Assembly (NCBI RefSeq): GCF_035594765.1
Contig: NW_026943824.1
Span: 7,954,317 to 8,018,316, forward strand
Length of the DNA: 64,000 nt
Reading direction: 5' to 3'
DNA from: Anolis carolinensis
Taxonomy: Eukaryota
Part shown: positions 35,181 through 48,800 of the stretch, piece after piece
Layout: each line of letters starts with the position of its first letter
Position numbering within the stretch: the stretch's first letter is position 1
Notes under the pieces: generated by a model
What the model was told of the DNA's origin: nothing
What the model saw: only the letters and a program-made list of their open reading frames with translations
Databases searched by the model: none
Position numbers and translations under genes: made by a program

Positions 35181-35592
35181 GTGAGCTCAAGGGGGCAGAG
35201 AAGGGCAATGGCCCTAGAGGGCACAGAGGGAGGGGTACTCCGAAGAAAAACTTCAGCCAGCTACCAGGAAGCCCTCCTAGGAACTGTCAGATGAATCTCT
35301 CTGTGCCCTAGATCTGTCTAGAAGGCCCATTGACTCCCCCTTTTTGGACAGAGAATGTCAAGATGGCATCCCGACTGCTCCAAGCCAAGAATGGCAGCCT
35401 TCCCATTAGAAGGGCAGATGAGAAATAAAATAATATTTCCTAAACAGTTCCCTAAATTGGGCAGATGGCCCACATTGGCTACTCATTAGAAAAGCAAGGG
35501 AGTCCCACAGTCCTTTTGGGAGGGTGGTTTGCTCCTCAGATGGTCAGCAGGGGTCTCATACCACCCTGTCTCCCTCCTTTCCGTTCTTGCAG

Positions 35593-35817
35593 GCCATCCA
35601 GCACATTGAGGGGACGCAGGAGAAGCCACTCCTGGGGGAGGAGGAGGAGGAAGAGCGGCGCCGGCGAAGGGCTGTGATCGTGGCCCGGTCCGGCTTGGAC
35701 CCCTCCCTTTCAGACACGGCCTCTGACTCAGAAGTGGCAGCTGAAGAAGAAGACACCGAGGAGGAGGAGGAAGAGGAGGCCATGGAGCACAGCAAGGCCC
35801 CCGAGAGGAGGCCCTGA
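35593..35817 (+). CDS. TFAP4: TFAP4 exon 7 to stop
   Basis: AIQHIEGTQEK...SDTASDSE...RRP*; total 351 aa; AATAAA at 36756-36761. Confidence 0.93.
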   Translation, partial: AIQHIEGTQEKPLLGEEEEEERRRRRAVIVARSGLDPSLSDTASDSEVAAEEEDTEEEEEEEAMEHSKAPERRP

Positions 35818-38429
35818 CCCCACTGGACGCGGGAGGAGGGAGGGGGCGCTCACATTTTTACAAAACGCCGCCGTGGCAATGCAGGTCTCTTTTATGACCT
35901 TTTCGATACTGTAAAGGGAGGGGGCCTGTGGGAGGAAGGCTCCCCCCAATTCAGCTCACAGAAAGGCCAGAGGGAGAAGAAAGGGTCGGCTTCTCAGGGC
36001 CCCTCCCTGGAGGCGGTGGGTGGCCTTGGTCCCTCGGGACTCAGCACTGATCTTCCTCTGTGGGTTTGTGTCCCACTGGAAGGAAGACAGGGCCCAAGAC
36101 CCCCTGCCCCTCCCTGTTAAACATGGCCTTTTCCCCTCTGCTCTCTGTCGCTCTCCTCAGGGGTCAAGGTGGCCCTTGGGGTGGCATTAAGGGGCCAATG
36201 GGGGGACCCTGGACTCTGAGATGGGGGCTTGGCTGTGCCCTTCTGCCAATCCTAATACCCCCCCCCCCCAATTCTCAGGGGTCACTCCAGGGTCAGGGCC
36301 TTTTCCTCACTTTGAGGGGGGGGATACTGCCCTCTCTTTCGGTTTCTTCTCCACGGGTTCCTTGTTTCTTTTTTTTTTTTTAGCATTTATTTCTGTTTTT
36401 TGAAGCACTTAATCCGTTCCATGGGTCCGACCATTGCTGCCCCCTTCCTGTGACGTCCACTCTTCTCCCTTTTTCATTTTGGCTGCCCCCACCCCACCTC
36501 TCACCCCCCTTTTAACTAGTGGTCTAGGCCAGTGTTGACTATAGGGCCCTCTGTGGGCATTTGATAGCCCCCCCCCCCCCCTCCAAAGCCACGGCTCCTC
36601 CTCCTCCATTCTTCCTTTATTTTTTATTTTAACCTTTTTGGGTTTTGTTTTTTTTTTTTTACAATTTTTTGGGTCTTCATGTTCATTGAGATGCTATTAT
36701 ATTTTGTTAAAAAAGTGGGAAAAAATGAGGCATGTGCTTTTTTGTAAAGAAACAAAATAAAGTTTGTACTTTGTTTTTTAGACGTTCTGGTTTGTGAATG
36801 TCATTGTTGGTCGGAAGGAGGGAAGGAATCCTGAGATTTGTAGTTTGTTGGGGGATAAAGGGCTCTTCAGCAGGAGGATCCGCTCTCCCAAGAGCTGTAA
36901 ACTGGGTTCAAAGCGGGGTAACAGTGTCAACCATTCAAGATCTCGAGATGGATTCAATATGCAGGGTTTTTTTCGTGTCAGGAGCAACTTGAGAAACTGC
37001 AAGTCGCTTCTGATGTGAGAGAATTGGCCATCTGCAAGGATGTTGCCCAGGGGACGGCCAAATGTTTTTCTCTGGGAGGCTTCTCTCATGTCCCCGCATG
37101 GGAAGCTGGAGCTGACAGACGGGAGCTCACCCAGCTCCCTGGATTCAAACTGTTGACCTTTCGGCACAGGGGTTTAACCTCTTCCAGGTATCTCCCTGCC
37201 AAAAGCTAACCTTTCTAGGCCAGAATGAAGGCTCTCCAAAGCAGCTACATTGGCATCCTTCTGTCCCTCTGTTTCCCAAGAGGTCCACCAGGGGGCGCCT
37301 GTCCTGCAGCAGGACCAATCTTGACATTTCACTTTTCACTACTTTTGGAAAAACTGGGAGGTGACTGCAAAGCCCTCCACTCCCCCCTTTCATGGGACTT
37401 CTGCCTTCAGTTCTTTGGGTCAGTCGCCCCCCCCCCCCCCCCCGTCTTATATTGTAATGACCCAGGGTCTCAAGGGTGCATTCAAGTTTGTGTGTGTGCG
37501 TGTCAAGAGCGACTTGAAAAACTGCAAGTTGCTTCTGGTGTGAGAGAATTGGCCGTCTGATAGGACGTTGCCCAAGGTACGCCTGGATGTTTTTGATGTT
37601 TTTACCATCCTTGTGGGATGCTTCTCTCATGTTCCCACATGGAGCTGGAACTCTCATTTACACAGAGAGCCGATCTGCGCTCTCCCAGGTTGTATTTGAA
37701 CTGGCAACCTTCAGGTCAGCAACCCAACCTTCAAGCCATCAATAATCAGTCCTGCCGGCACAAGGGTTTAACCCACTGCGCCACCAGAGGCTCCTGTGCA
37801 TTCAGGTGAGAGTGGCACAATGTGTGGGTTATGGACACTGAGGTGGGGGGGGGATAACTTGAATGAATGTTTAATTTTATTTCAAGGTTTATACATTGTA
37901 GATTTTAAATTGTGTTGTAAGCTGCTTTGAATCTTGTTTTAAGAGAGACAAGTGGAGGGTGATGATAATAGTAATAACCTAGTTGGCACCTTAGGCTTAG
38001 GGATGCCAGCTGCCCCTTGGAGAGGAACATAGAAGAAATGCCCTAAGGCGGATGAGGGCTGGTGCCAGGGCTCTCCCATGCAGGTGCTGACCAGGGCTGA
38101 CCCCACTTAGCTCCCAGGGCCAGACAGGGGCATTTAGGGATTCCCCATCCCTTCCTCTCTTTGCTGTGCAGTTGCCAGCCCCTTCTTCTAGCTGCCTGTC
38201 TTCCAGTGGGTCTGCCTCTGCTTAGCCTGCCTGGGCTGCCATTTGACACTCTTGAATGCGGAGAGGGAGGGGGGCAGAGAGGAAGGGACCAGGAGGAGGG
38301 GCCTCGTCAAGTCAAGTCCGGCACCAGGACAGCACCTCTCCCTCCGTCCATCCGTGGGTCCCTGCCGCTTGCCCTGCGCTTCCCCTCCAGACAGCATTAA
38401 GAGCCCAGAAGCAAGGCCTGCCTGACACC

Positions 38430-38499
38430 ATGAAGGGACTCTGGCTCTTCTGCTGCTGCTGTGTGGCCCCGCTGTTCCTCCTCCTCCTTGCTTCTGCAG
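38430..38499 (+). CDS. SRL: Sarcalumenin exon 1 (signal peptide)
   Basis: accATG, MKGLWLFCCCCVAPLFLLLLASA, G|gtagga; phase 1 matches the downstream SRL exons. Confidence 0.82.
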
Positions 38500-41400
38500 G
38501 TAGGACCCCAAATGCAGGCACACCTTTCTCCCCAGGATCCTGACCTTTGGTGCCTGTCCTCCACCTCAGTGGTGTCTCCGCAGCTGGACCACCCACTCCG
38601 CCCTAGGTCTGTCAAGAGTTACAGCTGGTGCCAAGGAGTCCAAGGCTGCCGGAGGATGTTACCCCTCCCCCCCCCCCCTTATTGAAAGTGTCATTGATGC
38701 CAGCCATGGGGCGTTGAGAGGGAAGGGGCAGAGGCCAGACATCCCTTGAAAGCCGCTCTCTGCAGGTGAGGCACCTGAGGCCATGTGAGTGGTGGGCGCA
38801 GTGCCCGCTTCCTCCACCCTGACCCCTGGCCAGAACCCCCCTCCTTTCAATGCCTTCCTTTGAGAAAGGAGCCTCTGTCCCTGGCCTCCCTCCCTCCCCT
38901 TGGCTGCCCTTGAGTTAATTTGGTCCCTCCGCTGCTCCACTCCCAGCTGCTGCCTCTGGTGACTAAGTATGGAAACTGGCCTGTAACTGGACCCCCAGCC
39001 AGACCCCCTCCTTCCCCTCCCTCCCTGCTGCCCATGCACTTGCCATCAGGCTCAGCTGCTACCTCCCAGGCCCCCTCCCCTTGTGCAGTCTCCGTGTTTC
39101 CTCCTTTTAAGGCCATCCTTTATCATGGCCAGAACAAAAGCAGGGCAGCAAGGATCAACAGAGGGGCCCTTCCATTGACCAATGTTGGGGCCACTCTCCG
39201 TGCCCCTGGCATACTCCCATTTGCCCCTTCAGCCACCACTCGGCTTGGAAGGGAGGGTCCACTGGGGGCAAGGCTGTTCCCAAAGCAGAGGGACCAAGCC
39301 AGGCTCATGAGTGGATGGAGCCACCCTCCAAAAGGCATAGCCCTCCCAGGCTTTGGCCTGGTGCCCAGTGCCCAAGGCCAGAGATAAAGGGCAGTGGCAG
39401 AAATTCTCTCCTCTCCTTGGTGGCCCTCCTCCTGAGTCCGCAGGTGAGGAAGGTCTGGGCCTCGCCTGGGCCAGTGGAGGCAGACACGGACGGACCTCAC
39501 CTTCCGTGATTTGTTTCTTTCTGTGTGTCCTTCCTGGCACCTTTCTCCCTTTAACCCCCACCAGCCAAGCCCCTTGGTGTGTTCCCCTCCTCCAAACAGT
39601 TCTGGAGTTTTTGCCTCACAGTGAGGTGTTGCATTTTGGTGGCACAGACTCAGGCAGGAAGCCTGTGTTTTTTCTCCCTATTGCTCCAGAAGATTGTTGC
39701 TCTTCCCTTTGAGAAAGGGAAGGCAAATGCTACCAAGGTGGACCCCACCTTGGATGGAAATGGGGTGAGGAATGGAGTCCCTCGGGTCTGGCCAGAGAGC
39801 AGCTCTGGAGGGGAAAGAGTGCGAGAAAGGTAGAGGAAGGGCTCAGGTGGAGGGTAGGCTTGTGCTTCTAGGTCTCTACTAAGAAGGGATGTGTGTGTGG
39901 GCTCCTCTGGTTGGCTTTGGGAGTCTCCTCTGATTGAAGAGATGCAAAAAATGCCAAGAAATCTTTTAGGAGAGGCGATTTCTTTGATCCCAAAAAGTGG
40001 GGCCCAGGGAGTTGGGGGGGGGGGTTCGAGGGCCACAAAAGCTGCCTATGTTCTCTCCTTCTTATATGGCTGCTTTTGGAAGGAAAAGAGAGCCCATGGA
40101 CTGTGGTCTGAACATCACCCAGGGTATCATCCCAAGCAGTGTCCCAGGCCATTCACTGTTGCAGCCGCAGCTCCTCAGAGGAAGTCTAGGTGGGAAGTTC
40201 TTGGGAGGCCTCAGATGCCCAGGAAGGACACCCAACCCTGCATTTGGGCACTCAGCAGGGCCTCCCCCAGCTATGGAGCCCCTCCCCTTAAGGGAGGGAG
40301 GGGCAGAGCAGCAGCACAGAGCTGGACTATTTTAGGCCTGGAGCCAGAAAGTTTCCCTTGGTGCCCAGTCCAGTCATGGGGGCTCTGCGCGGGCCTTCTT
40401 TCCTGGCCTCCCCTCTCTATGGATTGGCCTCCCAAATGCATTTGGTGGTCAGAGGCAGGGGCCCAACCCTTGGCAGAGAAAACAAGAAAGGCTGCTCTAA
40501 TGAAAGAAGTTGGAAGGCTGAGTTCTAACATATAAAGGCATGTATTAAAGGTTGAGGGTTTTATTTGGAGGCATTGTAATGAACTTGGAGACAATAAGAA
40601 AGATCACAGAATCATAGAATTTACAAGGGAAACCCCATCTTCCACAAGCTCCCCCCCCTCTTGGAGTGCCAGATGGCACCACAAGGGGCATTTTGGTCTT
40701 TTTGTATATGGGAGTTCATCAGTGTCTTCACATTCCATGTGCCACTTGTGAATGAATTCTGTTGGGATGGCCAGAGAATGATGTGATCTTCCGCAAAGGG
40801 AAGCCTGCTTTTCCCCCTTTAAGTGTCCTTATAGTGGGCGCTTTGGGCGGCAAGGCCAGTGGGTGCCCTGGGAATGGGCGTTTTCCTTGAGTCCCAGTGA
40901 CCCCCCTCCCCCGGCCCAGTTGCTGCGGGAGGTATTTTTAGCCCAACGGGGAGGCGGAGGCAGCGGGTGCTAAGCCCGTAACCTTCAGCCTATTTTGCTG
41001 CCCGGCGCTCACCCGCTTGCCATCTGCAGGTCAGCACAATTTGGAACCCAATTTAGTTGGAGGAAGAGCTCCTGCTTGAAAGCATAGAGGGAACTAAGGG
41101 AGCCTGATAGGAGGCCTTGCTGGACAGCACCGGAAAGGGTTTTCACTGCTGGGTGGAGAAAGAGGTGTTCTTCTCTTCCTATGAGGCTGAGAGAGTGGGA
41201 TCTCCTCAGGATGGGTTTCTATGGCGGAGTGGAGGCTGAAACCCTGGTCTCACTGTAGTCCTAGCTCAGTGCCATCCTGTCTCCCCCTTCCTTCATTCAC
41301 CAATCAGGGCCAGGTGGGTCATGGGTGCCCCTTCCTTCCCTGGTCCAGGACCCTTTCACCTGCATAGACATGCTTCCAGTCCAAGGGAGAGCAATGGCCA

Positions 41401-42610
41401 ACTGGCATTGGGGGAAGGGAGTCTGGCCTTTGTGTAGGCAGCCATGTGCGGAGGGGCAGGATTATGTCTCTGAGCTGCAGCTGTTCCCCTGTCTCTTGTG
41501 GGGCAGCTTTGTCTCCAAGGCCTCATTTGGGCGTCATCTGTTGGCAGACAAGGGGAAGAGGGGCTGACAGAGGGGGGCATGTGGGGGGCAATGGTCCCTT
41601 CCCTCTTTGAGCTGCTGGTCAAACCCTGTCACCAGCTGCTCTGGAATGTGGCTGAGGATCAGGTCCAATGTGTGGGGAAGGACACAGACCCCTCACCAAA
41701 ACCTCTGCTGGTCCTGGTTGAAAGTTCCCCTGTTTTGGACTGAGCTCGTTTTCCAGGAAAGGCAAGGAAGATGGGCTACCATTGGCCACCATCTACTGTC
41801 AGATGCCCTGTGTTTTCAGGCAGTTCACCTAGGACCCCTTTTAAAGGAGCTGCAAGGAAAGGGGGAAAATGGGGCGGATAGGTTTGGGATACATGATAAA
41901 TTTAGAGGCCAAAGATTGCTGTCCAGTGAAACCAAAAGGCTTCCTTTGCATTGGAGACTGAGCTTTTTTGGCATGTGCTTGGCAGTTTGACACAGGGAGA
42001 GATGTGAAAATGGCAGTGGATGTCTGTGGCAGGATTCACATAGATATGGGTGGAAGGAAGGGGTCTCATTTACACACAGGGATTTCCTTTGTTTGCTTCT
42101 GCACTAAATAGGACACTGTCCCTTGGCATCATTAGGTCCCATTGCTTTCCTTTCAGCCAGTCCTAGGGAACCAGATCAACAGCCAGGGAGGGATTGTTTA
42201 GGGGTCAAGTTCAGCCACTGGCGGGGGTGGACGTTAATGGACCCCAGCAATGAAAAGTCTGGGGTGTCCTTGTGTGGGGTGCTGCTCTTCTCAGCTTTCC
42301 ACTCTCCTGCCCTGGTTGCCCCTTCCTTTGTGCGCTTGCTGCCCAGAGAGCCCAGGGCCAGCAAGGAGGCCTTGCCTTTGCGCCCAAGAGAGACCCCCCG
42401 CATCCAGCCCCTGCTTGGGCCCAGGAGCACTGACAGGAGCAGGAGAGAAAGGCCTGACCCTGTGGTTGGGGCCCTTCGCCTGGGGCTCAGGTGGAGCCCC
42501 AGCCTCAACATCGCCTCTGTAGCAGAAGAGCCTGGTTCCGCTACCCCACTGGCACAAAGAGGCTGTTTTGAGGAGTGGCCAAACTGACTGATCGTGTTCT
42601 AACCATTTAG

Positions 42611-43693
42611 AACGGCAAGTCTCTGCCCTGGATGCTGGCACAGAAGATGCAGCGGCCCATTTTCCCGAGGCAAGCACCTGGTTACCTGGAGACCCAAGCC
42701 TGGCACGGGAGGAGGCGGCGCTGCTACACTCTGGAGATGCTGCCGGCGGTGGGGGTGGCGTGGCCGCCGCTGCCCCCATGCCCCCTGGAGCAGGCGCCCC
42801 TCTCCAGCCCCCAGGGAGCCCAGAAGAGGAAGAGGGCGAAAGATTCTCCCAGGCCCAGGGTGACACGGAGTCCCCTATCAGCGGCTTGGAAGGTGAAGGC
42901 ATCCCTGCAAAAGCCATGCATGGGAAAGAGGGGGCTCACAGCCCGCCCTTGGAAGAGGGGGCCTCAGATGGAGAGGAGGAACAGAAGCCCCTGAGTGACT
43001 CCAGGCCCACAGAAGAGGGCTCCCAAGAGACAGAGGGCCCGGAGGGGCCCAAGGAAGATGGAGAAGACAAGGAGGGCAACCCTGGCTCTTCAGAGGAGGA
43101 AGAGGAAGAGCAAGAGGAGGAGGAGGAAGCCAAGGGGGAAAATGTGCCAGGTGCCAGCCCTGAGGATGGAGAGGGCTCTAAAGAAGAAGAGGAGTCATCT
43201 GAGGAAGAAGACGAAGACGACGAGGGTGGAGAGGAAGGGGTGGCAGAAGCAGTCGAGAATGTCTCTGTAGAGGAAGGAGATACTTCCCAGGCCGAGGAAG
43301 GAGAAGAGAAGGAGGAGGAGGAGGAAAAGGAGGAGGAGGAGAAGGAGGAGGAGAAGGAGGAGGAGGAGGAGGAGGAGGAGGAGGAAGACGGTATTATTGC
43401 CCCTGAAGCTACAGAGGAAGGGTCCCCTGAGGAGGATGCTAATGAGAAAGAAGAGCAGGCAGTCCCAAGGGAAGGCGTAGAAGAATCGGAGGTGCAGGAG
43501 GCCACCAACAGACCTGCCAGGACACTCACTGTCTCCCGGAACCAAGAGAGGACCCCCAGTGGGCCAGCAGAAGCATCTGGGTCTTCCAGCAATGGGGCTA
43601 CAGATGAGGAGGTGCCCTCAGGTCATCGTGCCCAGGCCTTCCCAGCTGCCGACAGTGGCCCTACAGACCACAGTGACACCCTGGCACCAAGAG
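42611..43693 (+). CDS. SRL: Sarcalumenin large alternative acidic Ca2+-binding exon (3' boundary uncertain: 43621 or 43693)
   Basis: tttag|AA CGG CAA GTC TCT (ERQVSALDAGTED...) is in frame with the Glu-rich ORF 42760-44043; only weak phase-1 donors seen. Confidence 0.72.
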
Positions 43694-45291
43694 GTCCTGG
43701 CTCTTCTTTGTGCCCTGCCACACAAAAGCCCCTGGTCCGTGTCCCCCCACCCCACACACACACATACATCTCATTTGGCATAAACTTTGTGGGACCCATC
43801 CAAAGGGACAGGGAGAAAGGGAAGCTGCTGCCCAACCCTTCCCCCCCCCCCCCCCCCCCGAGAATAGGGGTAGCTGAGATTGAGGCATTGCATCCCTTGA
43901 GAGGTGGTGCTACTGAGAAGCGAAGACAATGTGCCTCATGCCACTCTGGTCAAGGTTTCTCTCAAAGGCATAATCTGCACAGCCTTTGCCCACCTGGAGC
44001 CCTGGCCATGTGTAGAAAAAGGCAGCCCTTCGGGTGTTGCTGACCAGAGTGGGTTACTTCATTTCCTAAGGCAAATCATGCCAAGCATGAACCCACAAAA
44101 CGTGCCAAAGGTTTCAAGAATCATAAAAGGTGCTAAGATCAAGTGCAGTGTAGCTTTTGCTAAATGGGTCTGATAAACAAATAATGTAGGCAAGAATGCA
44201 AAAGCCAAGGTCATGGTGTAAATGAGTGACACAAACCCTCTCCACACAACCTAAAACCATTGTGACTTTTTAGGGCGCGCTCTCTCTCTCTCTCTGCCTG
44301 ATACAGGGAAGAAATCTATGTGTTTGAGCTTCTCCCATTGAATTCCTGAAAAACGGAGCCCTTGCTGTCTTCCAGAGGCCACTGGTGTCTGGCAGGACTG
44401 GCGAAGGTGGGGAGGGAGGGGGTTACCCATAATGGCAATGATGGCATAGCCCAGATTCCATGCCAGTGATTATAGGGTCACCTGCCATGAGTGTGTGTGC
44501 GTGTGTGTGTGCATGAAAGTGGAGGAAGAGAGGCTGGAGTGGCCTTTGCTCACGCTGCTCTCTCCAATGAATGCGCAGCTGGGGATGCCAGGATGTAATG
44601 GGAGCCCTGTGGCTGGCGGTTATTTTGGGGACGGGAAAGGCCTCTCCATGGACCTCAGCTACCCGCTCCCCCTCCCTTCCAAGGGCTATTGTCTGGACTC
44701 ACTCTTCAGGCTATGGATGGCAGCACCCAACACTCCTTGCCAGACCCAGACCCTAAAGGATCTTCCCACATTTCTTGGGAGAGGAGGGGTAGGGCAGCAG
44801 AGAAGAGAAAGGGGGTTTGGCAGTAGACTGTTGCCCCACCAGACCAGGCATCATGACCTACTGTGAGAGCCCCACTTTGAAGAGCATAAATGTTTGTGTA
44901 TGAGAGAGAGAGAGAGAATTTCCTCATTTACCTGCAGTTTACCGATGAAGTTTATTTTTTGCAATTTCTGTTTCCCACAACCAACTCCAATACAGTAATC
45001 AAAACTGTATTTATGAAAATATGTATTTGGTTTTCAGGCGTCTATGTGCCTGGCACAGGATTGGGTGCACTTACATTTGGGATGGCCCCTTGGTAGGCAC
45101 ATAGCTGCACTGGGCAGCACAGAAATCCTTGTGGAGCAAGGCATGTTGGCACTGGGAGAGCCATGCCAGCAGCATGGTGTCGCAGCCGGGACCCCACACC
45201 ACTCCCTGCAGCAATGGCCACAGGCTGATGGGATGGAAGTCCCCACAGACTTCTGGATGTGCTGAATGGTGGTCTTTTACTCTCTCTACAG

Positions 45292-45393
45292 AGGAAGCAG
45301 AGGAGGCTGTGGCAGAGTCAGCCAAGCGGGACCGTTCCCACATCGAGAGCACCCTGAAGCTCAAGGAGGAGAAGCCAGCGGATGACTACTCAG
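45292..45393 (+). CDS. SRL: SRL exon
   Basis: EEAEEAVAESAKRDRSHIESTLKLKEEKPADDYS; 102 nt. Confidence 0.92.
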
Positions 45394-46162
45394 GTAGCAG
45401 TAGGAGGCCCCCCCGGCCGAGGGATGCATTTGGGAAGTAGGCAGCAACATCAAGCTCTATGAATCTACTTTGGGGGCCATACTCCTATGGAGTCTGGCCA
45501 GATGCTACACCTTCCTGACAGAGAACTCCTAATGTCCCTCCCCCAAACCACAATTTGCCATCAGCTGCAGAGACCCAAAGTGCACTATGCCCAAGGAGCA
45601 GCTGCTGAACACTAGGTGGATGGCCACTTGCACAGTGTGGCCTGGCAAGCAGAGCATCCGGGATCCTCTGGCTCTGCATGGAGCTCCAGCCTCAGTGAGA
45701 CTGGCCTCTTCCCAAGACCCCAGATGCAAAGACATGGCAGGCCCTTTCCCATCACTTCTTCACATGCATTAAATTCTATTGAGCCACCCACTTAAGAAAC
45801 CTACTGTGTTCGTCACATGACATAGGCTTCAAATATAGGATAGCAATATCTTGGTATTTTTAAAGTGTTTTAAAGGGTTATCTTTTCAGACGCTTACTAA
45901 GCTGGTTGGCAAGTGACCCACAGCAGTGCCATTCCAGGCATTCTCTTGTGCTTTCTTTTAAAATATACACATTGCTTCACTTGAGCCTTTCCATTGTCAT
46001 TGTGTTGCATCTGTGAGCTATGGTTGCTATACAATCTGTTCTGCTGGTGATTCTGGATCTGATTCATATGGGTTCTAGTCTTTTCTTACAAATTATTGTC
46101 AGACTAAAAAATAGAATCACCAATACAACCGATTTCTGCTGCTAGGCATAATTCTTGGCTGT

Positions 46163-46299
46163 CGAAGGCTTTCATGGCCAAATCATTGGGTTGCTGTGAG
46201 TTTTCCGAGCTGTATGGCCATGCTCCAGAAGCATTCCCTCACGTCAGTAGAGAATACTTCTGGAACATGGCCATACAGCCTGGTAAACTCACAGCAATC
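46163..46299. mobile_element. Miniature fold-back Penelope derivative
   Basis: Inverted pLTR ends; direct repeat CATA(A/G)TTCTTGGCTGT at 46147-46162 and 46300-46315. Confidence 0.75.
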
Positions 46300-46820
46300 C
46301 ATAGTTCTTGGCTGTTAATTTAGTTTGGGAAAGCAGGGCAGGTAAGTATATGAGTGCATCTAAACTGTTGAATTACAGCAGTTTGACACTTCAACTGCCA
46401 TGGATTGATCCTATGGGCTGATGGATTTTCAATATTTGTAATAGTACATAACTTTCCATAACAGCAGCTATCTTTTACTGTCAGCAATTTTCTTCAGGTA
46501 TTTTTTTTTCCACAAGGAAAATAGGGGAAGGACAGAGGATGGGAACAAATCTCAACAGTGTGATGGCAAATCAATGGAGTACTCCTGAGTAAAACAGATA
46601 CTGTAGATTGAAAAGTGTGTGATGAAGATAGGAAAATCATCCATTGAATTTCAAAACGGAGTATGCCTGAGCTGAATGGTAAACCTATTCTTCCAAACAC
46701 TTGACCTGTTCAGTAGTATGTAGTCTCTAATGGTACTTTCTCTGCAGAGTGTGTGATGGGAAGACAAATGCCCGCCACACCAACAGCAGTGCAGGGTGAT
46801 TCGTAGTGCATCAGTATTGA

Positions 46821-47150
<330 letters not shown>

Positions 47151-47941
47151 TGAGCCCAGTGGCCCCATTTGCTGTTGCTCTTTTTTTACAGGTTTCTCTT
47201 CCCAGTATTTCCAATGGTTCGTCTGCAACCTTTGGGGTTCTCTAAACATTTTGATGCCTTCCTTTTGTACATGGGGGCAGCATTTTGGCAACAAAGGCAC
47301 ATCAGTCACGAAGTAGCTAACAGTGCAAATGGAAGTGAAGAAGGGCGGGGGGGGGGGGTGTCTCCTCAGTGTTTGGACTTCCACATTGTTTGTGTTCACT
47401 TCTGTTGTACCTGCCAGTACAGCAATGATGCAATTTCTCCTCTTGAGGAAGTGAGGCAGAAGGCGCATGCCGTGGCTGTATTTGGGGCCTTGTCCTTCTC
47501 AAAGGGGCCTGACAACCTTAGCAACCTTTATTTGGGCCACAGCATTGGTTACTTCTGCTATCAGCAGTCAAACCAGTGGAGTTCACAGATAGCATTTCCA
47601 CTTTTCCCTTTGTCTGTTCTGGGGTGGGACCATCCGGCAGAAGGTTTTAGCTCTAGTTATCCCAATAAAATTGGGATGGGATTTGCATGGTAATCCCTGT
47701 GGAAAATATGGCTGTCTCTGGTGCATGAGTCCCTTATGCTGGTGGATGGATCATTTGTGATTCCCAGTCTCTGGGGAGGAATTGGAATCCGCATCCATTG
47801 GTTCTGCCTCTTTACTTGGAGACGACAGAATACCACTTCCTTCTTGTCTGACCCCTAACCAAGCACTTTCCCCCAAAAGCCCTTTCCTACTCACGATGCT
47901 TTTTCTCTCCCTCTGGCCCCTCCTCCTCTCCTGCCTAACAG

Positions 47942-47977
47942 CTTACCCTGGACGCACCTTGGGCTCCTCAGCCACAG
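47942..47977 (+). CDS. SRL: SRL 36-nt cassette microexon
   Basis: Long pyrimidine tract, ctaacag|CT TAC CCT GGA CGC ACC TTG GGC TCC TCA GCC ACA G|gtgggt = AYPGRTLGSSAT; phase 1-1. Confidence 0.75.
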
Positions 47978-48509
47978 GTGGGTATAGCTACCTGACACTT
48001 GCATGCCAATGACCCTCTGCCCAGGTAGCCAGTTGCCTTGGATTGGGACCCTGGGAGGAGGCTTCCCCATTACAGGAGCCTCTCCAGACAACCCTTGGGA
48101 TGGTTTTCTAAAGGGGTTGGTCTAGACTGGAGCTTCCCCATTGGGTCCTCTGGGTACTGATGGGACTGCAACTCCAACAGAATCACTGTTTCCTTCATTG
48201 AGCGTGTGAGAGTGTGGCATAACATTTTCATCCTTTCATGGTGTGCAAGGAGACCTACTGAAGATTCCAGAATGCTGCTGCTCAACCTTTTAGAGACACT
48301 CTTTGGTGACAGTATTCCACTGTGTGCAAGGCCCTTCTTGATTCTTCTCTGGCAGTGTGCGTTTCTTGATCCCATCTCCAACTTTTGAATGAGAAGCCTT
48401 CCTCCTGGTTTGTGTTGACTCTTTGAGGGAAGATGGCATCAGCTTGCCAGACCAGCTCAGAGGCACCTCTGTCATCCTGGGGGACATTCAGGGACTGACT
48501 TCTCTTTGA

Positions 48510-48800
<291 letters not shown>

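Noticed and set aside
42936-43592. Poly-Ser minus-strand ORF
   Set aside because: Reverse complement of the Glu-rich SRL exon
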